Assembly: GCF_006345805.1 (NCBI RefSeq)
Contig: NC_043016.1
Location: forward strand, 20,894,001 to 20,958,000
DNA length: 64,000 nucleotides
Origin: Octopus sinensis
Lineage: Eukaryota
Direction: 5' to 3'
Shown: piece by piece, positions 24,690 through 36,492 of the stretch
Position numbering within the stretch: position 1 is the stretch's first letter
Layout: every line of letters starts with the position of its first letter
Position numbers and translations under genes: made by a program
Notes under the pieces: model-generated
What the model saw: only the letters and a program-made list of their open reading frames with translations
The model's database searches: none
What the model was told of the DNA's origin: nothing

Positions 24690-25790
24690 CTGGGTACCAT
24701 GCTCCATAGGAAAACTAGGAGTAGAAGAATGACTTATGAAAGCTATGCAAGCCATGTACAGGAGTGGTGTCAGCAATGTGAAAGTTTGAACAAGCTTAGT
24801 GAGGAATGTACCCTACAGGTAGGAGTCCATCAGGCCTGCATTTTTCAGTTCTCTCTTGTTTATCATAGTTCTGCAAACCATAAGAGAAGACTGGCAGTTC
24901 ACAGTAACTCCTGTATACCAACAATCTGCTTCTCATAGCCTAATCAGTTGAAGAATGTGGAAGGAGAGTCTTGAATCAAGCGGCTTTAAGGTTACTTCAC
25001 CAAAATACACACATTTTAGTTAGCAAAAAAGGAAACAGAATAGAGCTACTAAGTGGGAAGTGACTATGTTTAATATAGTGTATCAAGTGTGTAGTTAGGA
25101 GTTTGATAATGTCTACAAACAAAAAACGAGTGCACAAAAGGTGGTGTAGGGTCTGAAGTAGTATGATAGTGAGGGATTTTATATGTAGTACATACATAGG
25201 AGTACCTGTCCTTCAACTGCACAGGAAACTTGTTAGCAGGAGTTGGCAACTTCTTACCTGGATAATCTAATCTGAAGTGGAGGTGAGTAACCAGAGTAAC
25301 CAGAGTAAGAATTATGTGGTACAAGAAGCTATTACTTTTGGTGAAAACAAATACATTAATTTTCTGAATGAGTGTCAGACTGTAGGATGCTTGTGGATGA
25401 AGTGTGATACTGTGCAGTCATGAGATGTGGGTGCTGAATGTGAAGATATGCAAAGATTGGAAAGAGCTGGAGTGAACATGTTTTGCCGGATATGTGATGT
25501 CTGGGTGCATGAACAATAAAACAAAAGTGAGAGACATTAAAAGTATCAGCTTCAGTATGAAGGAGAGAAGACTGTGCTGGTATAGACATGTAATGTACAT
25601 GAAGAATGATAATTGGGTAAAAAGAAAAGGTGTCAATCAATGCAAGTGGAAGAAGTCTGTAGAAAAGTAAAATTGAAGACATGTGTAAAAGAAGTCAGGT
25701 CTGATCTGAAGTTGATGAAGAAGTAGAAAGATACTAAGTTGAAACAGACCTTTTCAACCAATGACCACATGGAAAAGTAGACATAAAAAT
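24690..25790 (+). mobile_element. Decayed RTE fragments flanking the 25206-25271 exon
   Basis: VGVHQ remnant at about 24820; RTE C-terminal-like remnants at 25330-25790. Confidence 0.5.
25206..25271 (-). CDS. TANGO1: TANGO1 PRD exon: either a 14-nt microexon 25258-25271 (IRLS(R), CAG|gtaaga) or a 66-nt exon 25206-25271 (LDYPGKKLPTPANKFPVQLKD(R), CAG|gtactc)
   Basis: ttactcacctccacttcag| acceptor with a TACTCAC branch-like motif; each version restores frame to the 24230 exon when paired with the matching upstream donor. Confidence 0.7.
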
Positions 25791-26169
25791 GAACGATATA
25801 TATATATTATTCCAATAGATTGATCCATGCCAAAATATTAACTTTCAAATGTTCTAAAACGAATGATTTATTTATTGAGCACGCGAGGTCGTTGCCAGTG
25901 CCGCTGGACTGGCTCCTGTGCAGGTGGCACATAAAAAGCATCATTTGGGCGTGGCCGTTACCAGTACCACCAAACTGGCCCTCGTACCAATGGCACGTAA
26001 AAGCACCCACTACACCCTCGGAGTGGTTGGCGTTAGGAAGGGTATACAGCTGTAGAAACTCTGTCAGATCAAATTGGAGTCTGGTTTGCCAGACCTCAGT
26101 GAAACCGTCCAACCCATGCTAGCATGGAAAGCGAACATTAAATGATGATGATGATATATATATATATAT

Positions 26170-26948
26170 AGGCCTCACTGAGGAAATGACCAGCGACCGA
26201 GACCTTTGGAAATATGCTGTATGTGAGAAGACCAGGCAGGACAAGTGAGCCCAGCCCACTTATGAATGCCTTTCCTCGCTTGGACACAAAGACCTGTTGA
26301 GGCAAAGCGAAGTCGATATAGAACCTCATCCGACGACAGGCACCCATGCCAACCCCCTTTGCTTGCGAAGACATGTTGGGGCAAGCGAAAGCGAAGCGAA
26401 ATCGAAATCGAATTGAACCAGCCAGGATCCCTGGTCTGGTGGTACGTAAAAAGCACTATCCGACTCGTGGCCGATGCCAGTGCCGCCTCCACTGGCTTCC
26501 GTGCCGGTGGCATGTAAAATACACCAATCCGACCGTACGACAGGCACCCATGCCAACCCCCCTTTGCTTGCGAAGACATGTTGGGGCAAGTGAAATCGAA
26601 TTGAACCAGCCAGGATCCCTGGTCTGGTGGTACGTAAAAAGCACTATCTGACTCGTGGCCGATGCCAGTGCCGCCTCGACTGGCTTCCGTGCCGGTGGCA
26701 CATAAAATACACCAATCCGACCGTGGCCGTTGCCAGCCTCGCCTGGCACCTGTGCAGGTGGCACGTAAAAAGCACCCACTACACTCACGGAGTGGTTGGC
26801 GTTAGGAAGGGCATCCAGCTGTAGAAACATTGCCAGATAAGACTGGAGTCTGGTGCAGCCTTCTGGCTTCCCAGATCCCCGGTCGAACCATCCAGCCCAT
26901 GCTAGCATGGAGAATGGACGTTAAACGATGATGATGATGATGATGATG

Positions 26949-26950
<2 letters not shown>
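26170..26950 (+). mobile_element. Young 5'-truncated RTE: last codons plus a 3' UTR with an internal ~210-bp tandem repeat and a (GAT)n tail
   Basis: GLTEEMTSDRDLWKYAVCEKTRQDK*; repeat units about 26334-26539 and 26540-26720; CpG-rich. Confidence 0.8.
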
Positions 26951-26982
<32 letters not shown>

Positions 26983-28263
26983 TTATACATACACACATAC
27001 ATACGTCCATACATACATACATACATACGTACGTACGTACGTATGTAGGCATAAATATTAGTATCAAAACTTCTTATTTTGTTTCTTTCTGAATGAATTA
27101 ATTTTATATTTCCAACATCTTTTCCACTCTAATTTACAACTGATCAATGCATCAGTTCCACAAGATTCAATACTTAACCCCTCTTCTGTACTCTGTCTTC
27201 ACAGATACTTTGGTCAGTACCTGTGAAACTGAGATGTAACTTTATACCGATGACTTTGTGCTGTTTGCACCAATAAGATCACAGAGTGAAAGTAAACTTC
27301 CTTCATTTAACTGCAACAGAGACTTAACTAAGATAAAAATTTAAAAAACCTGAGCAGATGACAGAAATGTGACATTTGAATGATCAAAGTGAACAGTAAC
27401 AGTTTGATAATGAAAAGAATTTCATCAAATTATGAACTGCATTCTTCCTATGAAAAAGTAGATTGAGATTCCAAGTGATAACAGTCTTGAATGGGTAGAA
27501 CATATCCCTCACAGAATGTAATAGAAGTTCACAGAGGCTTGGAGCACTTCGCAAAATTACAGCCAAGACTGGAGATGGAAACAAAAGTGACTGTCTGGTA
27601 AATCAGGTCAAAAGGATGAAAGGCCATCTATTCAAGATAAATGTTTCACATAGCATACTCAACTGGAAAGATAATCATAGCTTATGATACAGAGACTATA
27701 AAAACCTTTCCTTAGGAGTCTACAAAACATGAGACAGGTTGCTACAACAATAATTCTCAATAAAATATATATAATATATATGATCCTTCACAACTCAGAA
27801 TTATGCTGTCACCACAGAGCAAGAACTAGTACTTTTACATTTATGCCTACAGCAAGACCCATGCTTTAGGCAGAAGCTCTCTTCACTTCAATAGAAGTTA
27901 TTTATCTATGTGTCTATGAGTCTGTGTTTGTTTTCCCTCACTGACTATTGGTGTTGGTGTTCTTGTGTCCCTGTAACTTAGCACTTCAGCAAAAAAGACT
28001 GATAGAATAAGTACCAGGCTTAAAAAAGTAAGTAACGTGGTTCATTTGTTTGAATGAAATTCTTCACAGTGATGCCCAGCATGGCTGCAGTCCAATGACT
28101 GGAATAAGTAAAAAATAAAAGATACATATACCCGCACATACATTTCAAAGAAACCACTTTAAAAGAAACTGAAAAAAATCAAAAGAGACCTCAACCAGTC
28201 TTCTAAGTCAATAAATAGATAAATAAATATATCTTTCTACATATATAAAACTGTTATACAGAC

Positions 28264-28375
28264 CTTACATTTCCTAAATGTGGACTTCTTCCATGTGGCA
28301 CTTCACCAGGAGGTGTAGACAGCGGTATTCGGTGGAGCTCACCTTCCATCAATGGAGGTGGACCATTGATAAGAC
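28264..28375 (-). CDS. TANGO1: TANGO1 PRD exon: (G)LINGPPPLMEGELHRIPLSTPPGEVPHGRSPHLGN[V(R)]; ends at 28269 (AAT|gtaagg, phase 0) or 28264 (AG|gtctgt, phase 2)
   Basis: cttctatacttag| acceptor, phase 1 start; Pro-rich open frame; two competing donors 5 nt apart. Confidence 0.88.
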
Positions 28376-28574
28376 CTAAGTATAGAAGATGAATGAAGAA
28401 ATACATATGATTGAGTATGTGTGTGTGTGTGTGTATGCACAAGGGTTTGATGCATGCACACATATGCAGAGTGCACCAAGTAATTGGGAACAAAATAAAA
28501 TGAAATGAAAAAAGAAATATTAAACAGGAAACAACATTTTAAAAAAATTGCCAAACATGTTCAACTAAATATAT

Positions 28575-28805
28575 ATTTCTTTACTACCCACAAGGGGCTA
28601 AACATAGAAGGGGGCAAACAAAGACAGACAAAGGGATTAAGTCGATTACATCAACCCCAGTGCGAAACTGGTACTTTATTTATCGACCCCAAAAGGATGA
28701 AAGGCAAAGTCGACCTCAGCAGAATTTGAACTCAGAACGTAACGACAGACGAAATACTGCTAAGCATTTCACCCGGCACGCCAATGTTTCTGCCAGCTCG
28801 CCACT
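28575..28805 (-). mobile_element. SINE family C (...gtcgacctcagcagaatttgaactcagaacg...)
   Basis: Related copies at 40650-40860 (-), 42260-42400 (+), 54560-54720 (-). Confidence 0.75.
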
Positions 28806-29466
28806 TTTTGTTCGAAGGATGTGAAAGTAGTCAGATATAAAATGAGAGACATATATACAGAGTTGGTGAGAGTGAAGAATAGCAATGATATCAATTGGTT
28901 CATATTTCTATTGCTATCTCCATGACAGATTTTTAAAACAGTTATTAAATTTTAATGTTTTGAACAGCTAGATTGCATAAGCCAAATCATTTAATCAAAC
29001 CCCTACTGCATATGTTATCTTGACTTGCTAAAAATAGCAGCTACATTCCCCTCAAATTACACTCAAGAATCTCATGTCATTCTCATCCTCATCATTTAAT
29101 GTCTGTTTTCCATGCTAGCATGGGTTGGATAGTTTGAGAGGAACTTGCAAGCCTGAAAATAGCACCAGTCTTTGTCTGTTTGGGCATGATTTTTATGGTT
29201 GGACGCCCTTCCTAAAGCCAACCACTTTACAGAGTGCCCTGGGTGTTTTTCATGTGACACCAATATATTGGCACCTGTGCCGGTGACACGTAAAAAGCAC
29301 CCACTACACTCACGGAGTGGTTGGCGTTAGGAAGGGCATCCAGCTGTAGAAACACTACCAGATCAGACTGGGCCTGGTGCAGCCTTCTGGCTTCCCAGAC
29401 CCCAGTTGAACCGTCCAATCCATGCCAGCATGGAAAACGGACGTTAAATGATGATGATGATGATGA

Positions 29467-29510
<44 letters not shown>

Positions 29511-29749
29511 AATGTGTGTGTGTGATAAGAACACTTTCTATATTTTCCACAATAATACTATTCTTTCTCAAGTATGCATGTCTATGTATATTGTGTCAAT
29601 GCATTTACGTGTTGGTATACATGCATGTGTGTGTGTGTATGTGTGTGTGTGTGTGTGTACCACTGGCCACTCTGAATTATTTTTCTCAGTTCATTTTTTG
29701 TTTAAATTACATATACACACACCTGGCAGTATGCTTAAAATATCTGGCA

Positions 29750-30115
29750 AAGTAAGATATGGCCTAGTCATCTAAATAGTTAATAAGGTTGTCCACAAGG
29801 GAGTCATACCCAATGATTGGTGTAGCAGCATCATAGTCAACTGCTACAAAGACAAAGGTGATGCCCCAGACAGAATTAATTATAGAGGCATCAAATTGCT
29901 GGACCAGGTGTTGAAAGTAACAGAACGGGTCATGGCTCAAGTAATTAGGAAGAGAGTTAGCAGAGATGAGATGCAGTTGGATTTGTGCCAAGTAGGAGCA
30001 TGACTGATGTCATATTCCTTGTTGGGCAACTGCAGCAGAATTATTAAGCCAAAAATAAACCTCTATACTTGGCCTTTGTCAACAGGGAGAAAAATAATTC
30101 AGCATGGCCAGTGGT

Positions 30116-30166
<51 letters not shown>

Positions 30167-30900
30167 CCCCTGCTCCCTTATCTGGTGGTCAATGCAGAAG
30201 CTAGGGATAGAGGAGTGGTTAGTGAGAGCAGTACAAGCTATGTACAAGGATGCTGCCAGTAAGGTAAAGGTTGGCAATGAGTATAGCAAGGAATTCAGTG
30301 TACAAATAGGAGTCCACCAAGGCTCAGTTCTCAACCCCTTCCTGTTTATCCTAGTCCTCCAGGCCTTAACAGAGGAGTTCAAGGCCGGCTGCCCCTGGGA
30401 GCTCTTCTATGCTGATGACTTTGTTCTTATAGCTGAATAACTACCCAACCTAGAGAAGAAATTTCAGGTGTGGAAACAAGGCCTAGAATCTAAGGGCTTT
30501 AGAGTTAATTTAGCAAAAACCAAAGTCTTAGTAAGCTGGAAAACAGACAAATCACAAGTTCCTTCAGGGAGATGACACTGTTCAACATGTAAGAAGGTGT
30601 TGGTAGAAACTCCATATGTTGTATCCGGTTCAAGCTTTGGACACATAAGAGGTGTAGCAGTATCACAGGAAGGTTAATGGAGAATATAATCTATGTGGCA
30701 AATGTGCAGGCACTAAAAATCCACAAATGCTTGGGGAAGATCATTAGAAGTAGCAGATAGCTTCTGTTATGTAGGAGACTAAGTTAGCAGTGCAGGAGGA
30801 AGTTCTGAAAATATAGTTGCTAGAATAAGAATTGGCCAGGCAAAATTTGACATGACATAGCTGTAAATACATGTCACTGACATATACAAGTGGTGCTGTT
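29750..30900 (+). mobile_element. Decayed RTE LINE RT domain
   Basis: ORF 30069-30440: MQKLGIEEWLVRAVQAMY...GVHQGSVLNPFLF...GCPWELFYADDFVLIAE. Confidence 0.92.
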
Positions 30901-31094
30901 CATTTCCAATCTTTGGTCTTTGGTGGGGACATGTCCTGCCACTGCTTGGAAACATGTGAGGGTTATGATAGGAAAGGCGTATGCCCGTAGAATATGTGCT
31001 TCAGTGAATTCCATCTGATCCAATGGCAGCATGGAAAATTAGGCATTAAAACAATGATTATTACAACAATGATATGAGCATGTGTGTGTGTGTG

Positions 31095-33660
31095 ACCATC
31101 ACCACTTAATGTCTGTTTTCCATGCTGGCATGGGTTGGATAGTTTGAGAGGAGCTGGCAAGGCTGGGGGTCATACCAAGCTCTATTGTCTCTTTTGGTAC
31201 GATTTCTACAGCTGGATACCCTTCCTAACATCAACCACTTCACAGAGTGTACTGGATGCTTTTTATGTGGCATCAGTACCAGTGATTTTTATGTGTCACT
31301 GGTACTGACAAGGTGACACCAAGTACCTTGCCCAACAAAAACCTCTCAACTAGGAGGAGTATTGAGGAGTGTGTGGCTTTGTGCAACTTGAGAGATTAGA
31401 GGTGTAGAGGGACAGAGATAGGCATCATGCTGTAGAGTAGTTACATAGATACCCCAGTTGGAAAAGAGAGGAGAGTGAGTCAGAGAGTGATATAAGGAGA
31501 GTAAGTTAGAGAGAAGGATAAGGAGAGAAATAGTGAGAGAGATGATGATGAAGATGTGTTGGGAAATACACTTAAGGGATATTGGGGATGGTGAGAATAG
31601 GTGAGGTAGTGCAGAGGTTTGGGTTGAGTGAGTGGGTAGGATAGAGGTGACTGTAGCAAATGATGGGAAGAAATATAAGAAGAGCTTGAGGGCTGGGGTT
31701 GTGGTAGATATGTGAGGGTATTGAGGGTAATAGCAGATAAGTGAGGTGTTAATGATGGGGGAAGAGAGGTAACTGAGAAAGCTAGGGAGATGTAGTAAGT
31801 GCCTATTCTACTCTTAGGTGTTAAAGAAGTGATGGGTGTTAGGGAATGGAAAGTGGAGGGAAAAAGCTGATGAGGCAGAGAGAATGGGAGTAGGAGTGGG
31901 AAAGAACGCCTCACAGACAAGCATTATCAAGATGGTTTTTAAGATTTCAATTCTGCTATGATGGACAGCAAGGTGCCAGATATCTAGCTACATTGTCATT
32001 TCCTTTGTAAAGCTCAGTGTCTGGAGATTGGCCTTCAGTACTTTGTCCTATGTCTTCCTGGGTCATCCTCTTTCACAAGTTCCATCCCCTCCTCACCGTG
32101 GTGGGGACACTGGCAACGGGTAGTGTCAGAGCTATGCCATCGGGAACTTCAGTTCCTGGTAGGGCCACCCAAGGCGGATTGGTCTGATACCGAGTGGTAT
32201 TAGGGCCACAACCTTGGTGAAAATCCTCGGAGTGTCTGTTTCAGCAACCGGCGGCAACTCGGTCGTTCTGTCCCTGCGTCTGCGGACAATCTGCGGCAAA
32301 CAGGATGTCTCTACATGCGGGATTGTTGGGGACCGCTTGTGAAATTCATATTCCCACGAAACTTCTTCCACTGCCATGGTTCGAGATGCCTCGAGGGTGG
32401 TAGAAGAAACTGACTCAACCGTCAAGGGTGAATGTCGCCACAAGTACAAGTAAGTAAGTACATCTACTTTAAATGATCAGCACTTTTTTATGCAACTGTC
32501 CTCATCCATACAAACCGTATAACTAGAGCAGTTTCTCTCTTGCACACTACATCTAATTCTTCTTATGCCTAACTTTCCTCTCAAATGCACTAGTGCTCTG
32601 TTGCACATGTACTCTTATATTGCATATCAAATGGAGCACACTAGCTTCATTCTTCTCTTATCTTTACACATCCTCTGCATTCAGGGCCCATGTCTCACTT
32701 CCATGAAGCATTGCTGTTTGTACAGATGCATCCTACAATATTTCTTTCACTCAGAGAGCTAGGTCTATGGTTACCAACAAAGGTAAAAGTTCTCTGAACT
32801 TTCTTTAATCTATCCTTATTCTAGCAGTACATCCTTGTCAACTGCTACTTAGGTCACCTAGGTAGCAAAAATTATCCACTACTTCTGGAGAGCAGCTGAG
32901 ACATTTGAGAAAATCAATTTCCCATGTACCCGTAGACTTTATGGCTCTTGTACACCTTATCCATACAAACACTACTTTTTCTGTCAACCTTCCTATTACT
33001 CCACTGCACCTCTTGTGTGTCCATAGATTGCATTGAATGGAATTCCTGCCTTCACCTTTCCTATATATCAAACAGGACCATTTACCTGAAGTGGGAAAGG
33101 TCATGTCTTGCTTACTAGGACCTTAATAGTAAATAGCTTCTGAGATTCTTAGCCAAGATTCGAAACTCAATCCAAAGTTTTCTACAAGTTTCTTCCTATT
33201 GTTCTTGGCATTTGCACTATGAAAGTCAAATGTTAATGTCTAGTTCTGTTACAAATTTTGCTATGAGACCAAGATCATCTGCATATAGCAGTTCACATGG
33301 GCAGCCAGTCTTAAATTCCTCTGTTATGACCTGGAGGATGACGATGAATAAGAGGGGGATGAGGACTGAGCCTTGGTGAATACCTACTTGTACACTAAAT
33401 TTGTCACTTTGTCATTATACGCATGGCTAACTCTTACCTTATTAACAGCATCCCTGTACATGACCTGTACAACTTTCAGAAATCATTTGTCTATCCCAAG
33501 AGATCACCATATTACAGAGTGAGGCTTTCTCCAGATCAACAAATGCCAGGTACAACAACTTATCCTGAGCTGAATACTCCTCTTGCAGTTGCCTGACTAT
33601 GAAAACAGCATTAATAGTGCTTCTCTCTGGCATAAAGCCAAACTACATTTCATCTAATTC
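31095..33660 (-). mobile_element. Decayed RTE LINE (RT to 3' tail, with pyrimidine-rich 3' UTR)
   Basis: STINAVFIVRQLQEEY...LYLAFVDLEKA; FCYLGDL; KVDGTCERG; family-B tail at 31095. Confidence 0.88.
32087..32460 (+). mobile_element. 374-bp CpG-rich non-autonomous RTE derivative (5' UTR-like half plus 3' end), TSD CATC
   Basis: catc at 32083-32086 and 32461-32464; removal restores host RTE codons gta gat gga act; tail caagtacaagtaagtaagta. Confidence 0.65.
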
Positions 33661-33821
33661 TGCTCCTAATTAATTGGGGCTATAACTCTCTACAAATTTC
33701 ATCACACACACACACACACACACATTTATTATGCACAAGCACTGAAATACATACAAAATACTGCCAAACAAACACACATATAACCACAAAGAGCAAAGGA
33801 AATGCAGGCTTTCAAACTCAC

Positions 33822-33904
33822 CAGCTGGCATAACATTCCGTGTGGCTAATGGCCGGATGAGAGGGACTGGAACTGGACCTGATCGTCGCTCAAGCTCTGT
33901 TAAC
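33822..33904 (-). CDS. TANGO1: TANGO1 exon (CC2 to proline-rich domain): LTELERRSGPVPVPLIRPLATRNVMPA(G)
   Basis: ctaattattatag|G TTA...GCT G|gtgagt; 83 nt, phase 2-1. Confidence 0.92.
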
Positions 33905-34109
33905 CTATAATAATTAGCACATACCATTAGTAGCAAATTAGCAAAGTACAATCATTAAATGTCTGAAAAGAGTCTGTATTTTGTCAACTTTTGAGACCAT
34001 CAATGACAATATCTAAAGTGTATAATACATATAATACTCAGACTGAATATATAAAATATTTAGAGTATATTTACAAAATTTAGAATGTATATATCTACAA
34101 TGTACATAC

Positions 34110-34259
34110 ATGAGCTTATGAGGTTGTTCTGGTAATCTTATAGCAGTGGTCCAAGAAGATTCAGATTGAAGACATGAAATGATGACCAGGATGGTCATTA
34201 TTACTAACTGAAGCGCTGGTGGAGTTGGCGAGGCCGTCACGAAGCTACCCAACTGTCTT
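34110..34259 (-). CDS. Candidate alternative (cassette or alternative first) TANGO1 exon: RQLGSFVTASPTPPALQLVIMTILVIISCLQSESSWTTAIRLPEQPHKL(M)
   Basis: actatgtag|A AGA...CTC AT|gtatgt; 150 nt, symmetric phase 2-2, open in the TANGO1 frame; GC-richer than flanks; weak polypyrimidine tract; not needed for the constitutive chain. Confidence 0.4.
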
Positions 34260-34386
34260 CTACATAGTACCAAGTAATGCTAAGGTACCAAGCATATATT
34301 ATTTCTGTACTTAAGCCCATGGGCTTATTTTGGGAAAAAGCAGTATTTTAAAAATGAAATGAAATGAAATTAATTTTTAAAAAATA

Positions 34387-34472
34387 CAGTAGAATTCGTC
34401 TAATTAGTCATCCCTAGGAGAAAACTGAAAGTGACGATTTAGGTGAAGTAATGAATTAAGCTAATTCTACTG
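34387..34472. mobile_element. Short TA-flanked MITE (Tc1/pogo-type TIR CAGTAGAATT); second copy at 34923-34990
   Basis: TA|cagtagaatt...aattctactg|TA. Confidence 0.6.
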
Positions 34473-36138
34473 TATTAATAACTAATAAATATTACTTATG
34501 ATCTATTTGGCAGATTTTTTTTTTTTAATATGGAAGAATTGATTGAACATATGGTTGATTTGAAACCATTTAATGACTATTCTACTGCAATCAATGCGTT
34601 TTTTTTTTGTAATGGGATTTCAATTCAAGTGAAACAAAAATCTTGTGCAATATTATTTACAACTTCATATTTTATTGTTTGTACTTGATACAACTAAATA
34701 AAATGTATATATAACAAAATGTTTAATTGTATATTTCAAACAACATGATTTTAAAAAAAAACATTTTTGTGTAAATTTATTTTTGATTATTTTTGTAACA
34801 TGCTTTTAAAGATTTACTTGTTTTTGAGATTCTCATAGTAAATAAAATAAATTATCTCAAATTTACCTAATATAATGTATTTTAATTTTAAAATGTTATT
34901 CTTGGCTGCAATATTTTAAGTACAGTAGAATTTTAATTCTAAGTACTTTTTACTTTCCTTTAGAAGTGATGAATTAGGTAAATTCTTCTGTAGAAAGCTT
35001 GTTCTGTACTTTTCCAGGTATAATAACTTAAGAATATTAACATGCATGCATCCGCATTTTTCAAAATAATAAATCTTTTTTTCCAGGCAATGCAATAAAA
35101 CTAATAAATATTCTTTTGTTAAAAAATATCTGAATTAAATTAAACCTGCCTGTATATTTATTTCCTTTAAAATTGATAATTTTTTTAGGATAATGAGAAA
35201 TGTAATTATAATTGTAAAAAATATTAGATCCTATATCTTCACTGTATATAAAATTTTTATATTGAAACAAAGTGCATAATATAAACGCATGAAAATAGAA
35301 AGTGCGAAAATTCATTATGGAAAATAATTTTTTATTTAATAGTGAATATTAATGTAATACTAATTTTATTATAGTCAAGAAATAAATTAGCTATATCTAT
35401 ATATAGTAAGAAGGGCTAGCAAGAAGAGGTATGAGAATATATCAACTATGCAGTAAGAAGAAAATCTGATCATATGAATAGTAAAGCCATGGCTAATATA
35501 AAATTTTTTTAAATGTAAAAATAGCCAATGTGTCCACTGTAAGACAAGAGGAACTCTTCTCTGCTCTTGTTGGGGTAAAGTTAGTTTGTTAGTCGAAATT
35601 CATGCAAAATAAAAATAAAGCCTGCAATTCAGCTACTGTTCTTGTCAACTTGACTGAAAATAAAAAATCCCGCTACTCTGAAAATCCAATCATACTCTCT
35701 GAAAGCAAAAACCTTTTTGATCAATCCTAAGAAATAATAATCTAAATTCTGCTATTTGTAATATTGAATTCAGGTTTAAAAGCAAACAAAAAAACTTATT
35801 AAAACTTCAGAAGTTCTTACAACTTTGAACACTGTAATGCTTTGCTTTCATTTGTTTAATAAAAATTTCTTTTTTTTATAATGATTTTGTTTTCATTTTG
35901 TGATAGACAGCAATCATGCAGAAAATGCCAGCTTCTAAATCCTGTTTTCTGATTAGGTGAAAATGATAAACTTTTAAACCTCAGTAACATTTTTCTGTAA
36001 TATGTATGCATGCATGTATGTGAGTGTTTATTTACGATGGACAGCAGAAAGAATCCACTTGTTATCAATTGTTGTCAACTTACTCCCTCTCTCCTTCAAG
36101 CTACGTATTCATCACACTCTCTCTCTATATATATATAG

Positions 36139-36430
36139 ACACATGGCTCAGTGGTTAGAGCATTGGGCTCACAATCATGAGGTAGTGAGTTTGATTTCCA
36201 GACCAGGCCGTGTGCTGTGTTCTTAAACAAGACCCTTTATTTTCATGTTACTCCAGTTCATTCAGCTGAAGAAATGAGTTGCAATGTCATTGGTGCCAAG
36301 CTGTATTGACCTTTGCCTTTTCTTTGGACAACATTGGTGGTGTGGAGAGCAGAGGCTGCTATGCATGAGCAACTCTTGGTCTTTCATAAACAACTTTGCC
36401 TAGACTTGTGCCTAGGAGAACTTTCTAGGT
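36139..36430 (+). mobile_element. tRNA-derived SINE with a conserved-type central domain
   Basis: tggctcagtggttagagc A box, degenerate B box, then gtgttcttaaacaagac...ctccagttcattcagctg. Confidence 0.7.
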
Positions 36431-36442
36431 GAAAAGGGAGTT

Positions 36443-36492
<50 letters not shown>

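Noticed and set aside
26330-26720. CRISPR-like or novel repeat array
   Set aside because: Two long units inside an RTE 3' UTR; no repeat-spacer pattern; eukaryotic context.
32132-32449. GC-rich minus-strand 105-aa ORF as a TANGO1 exon
   Set aside because: No usable splice sites; it lies wholly within a TSD-flanked retroelement insertion.
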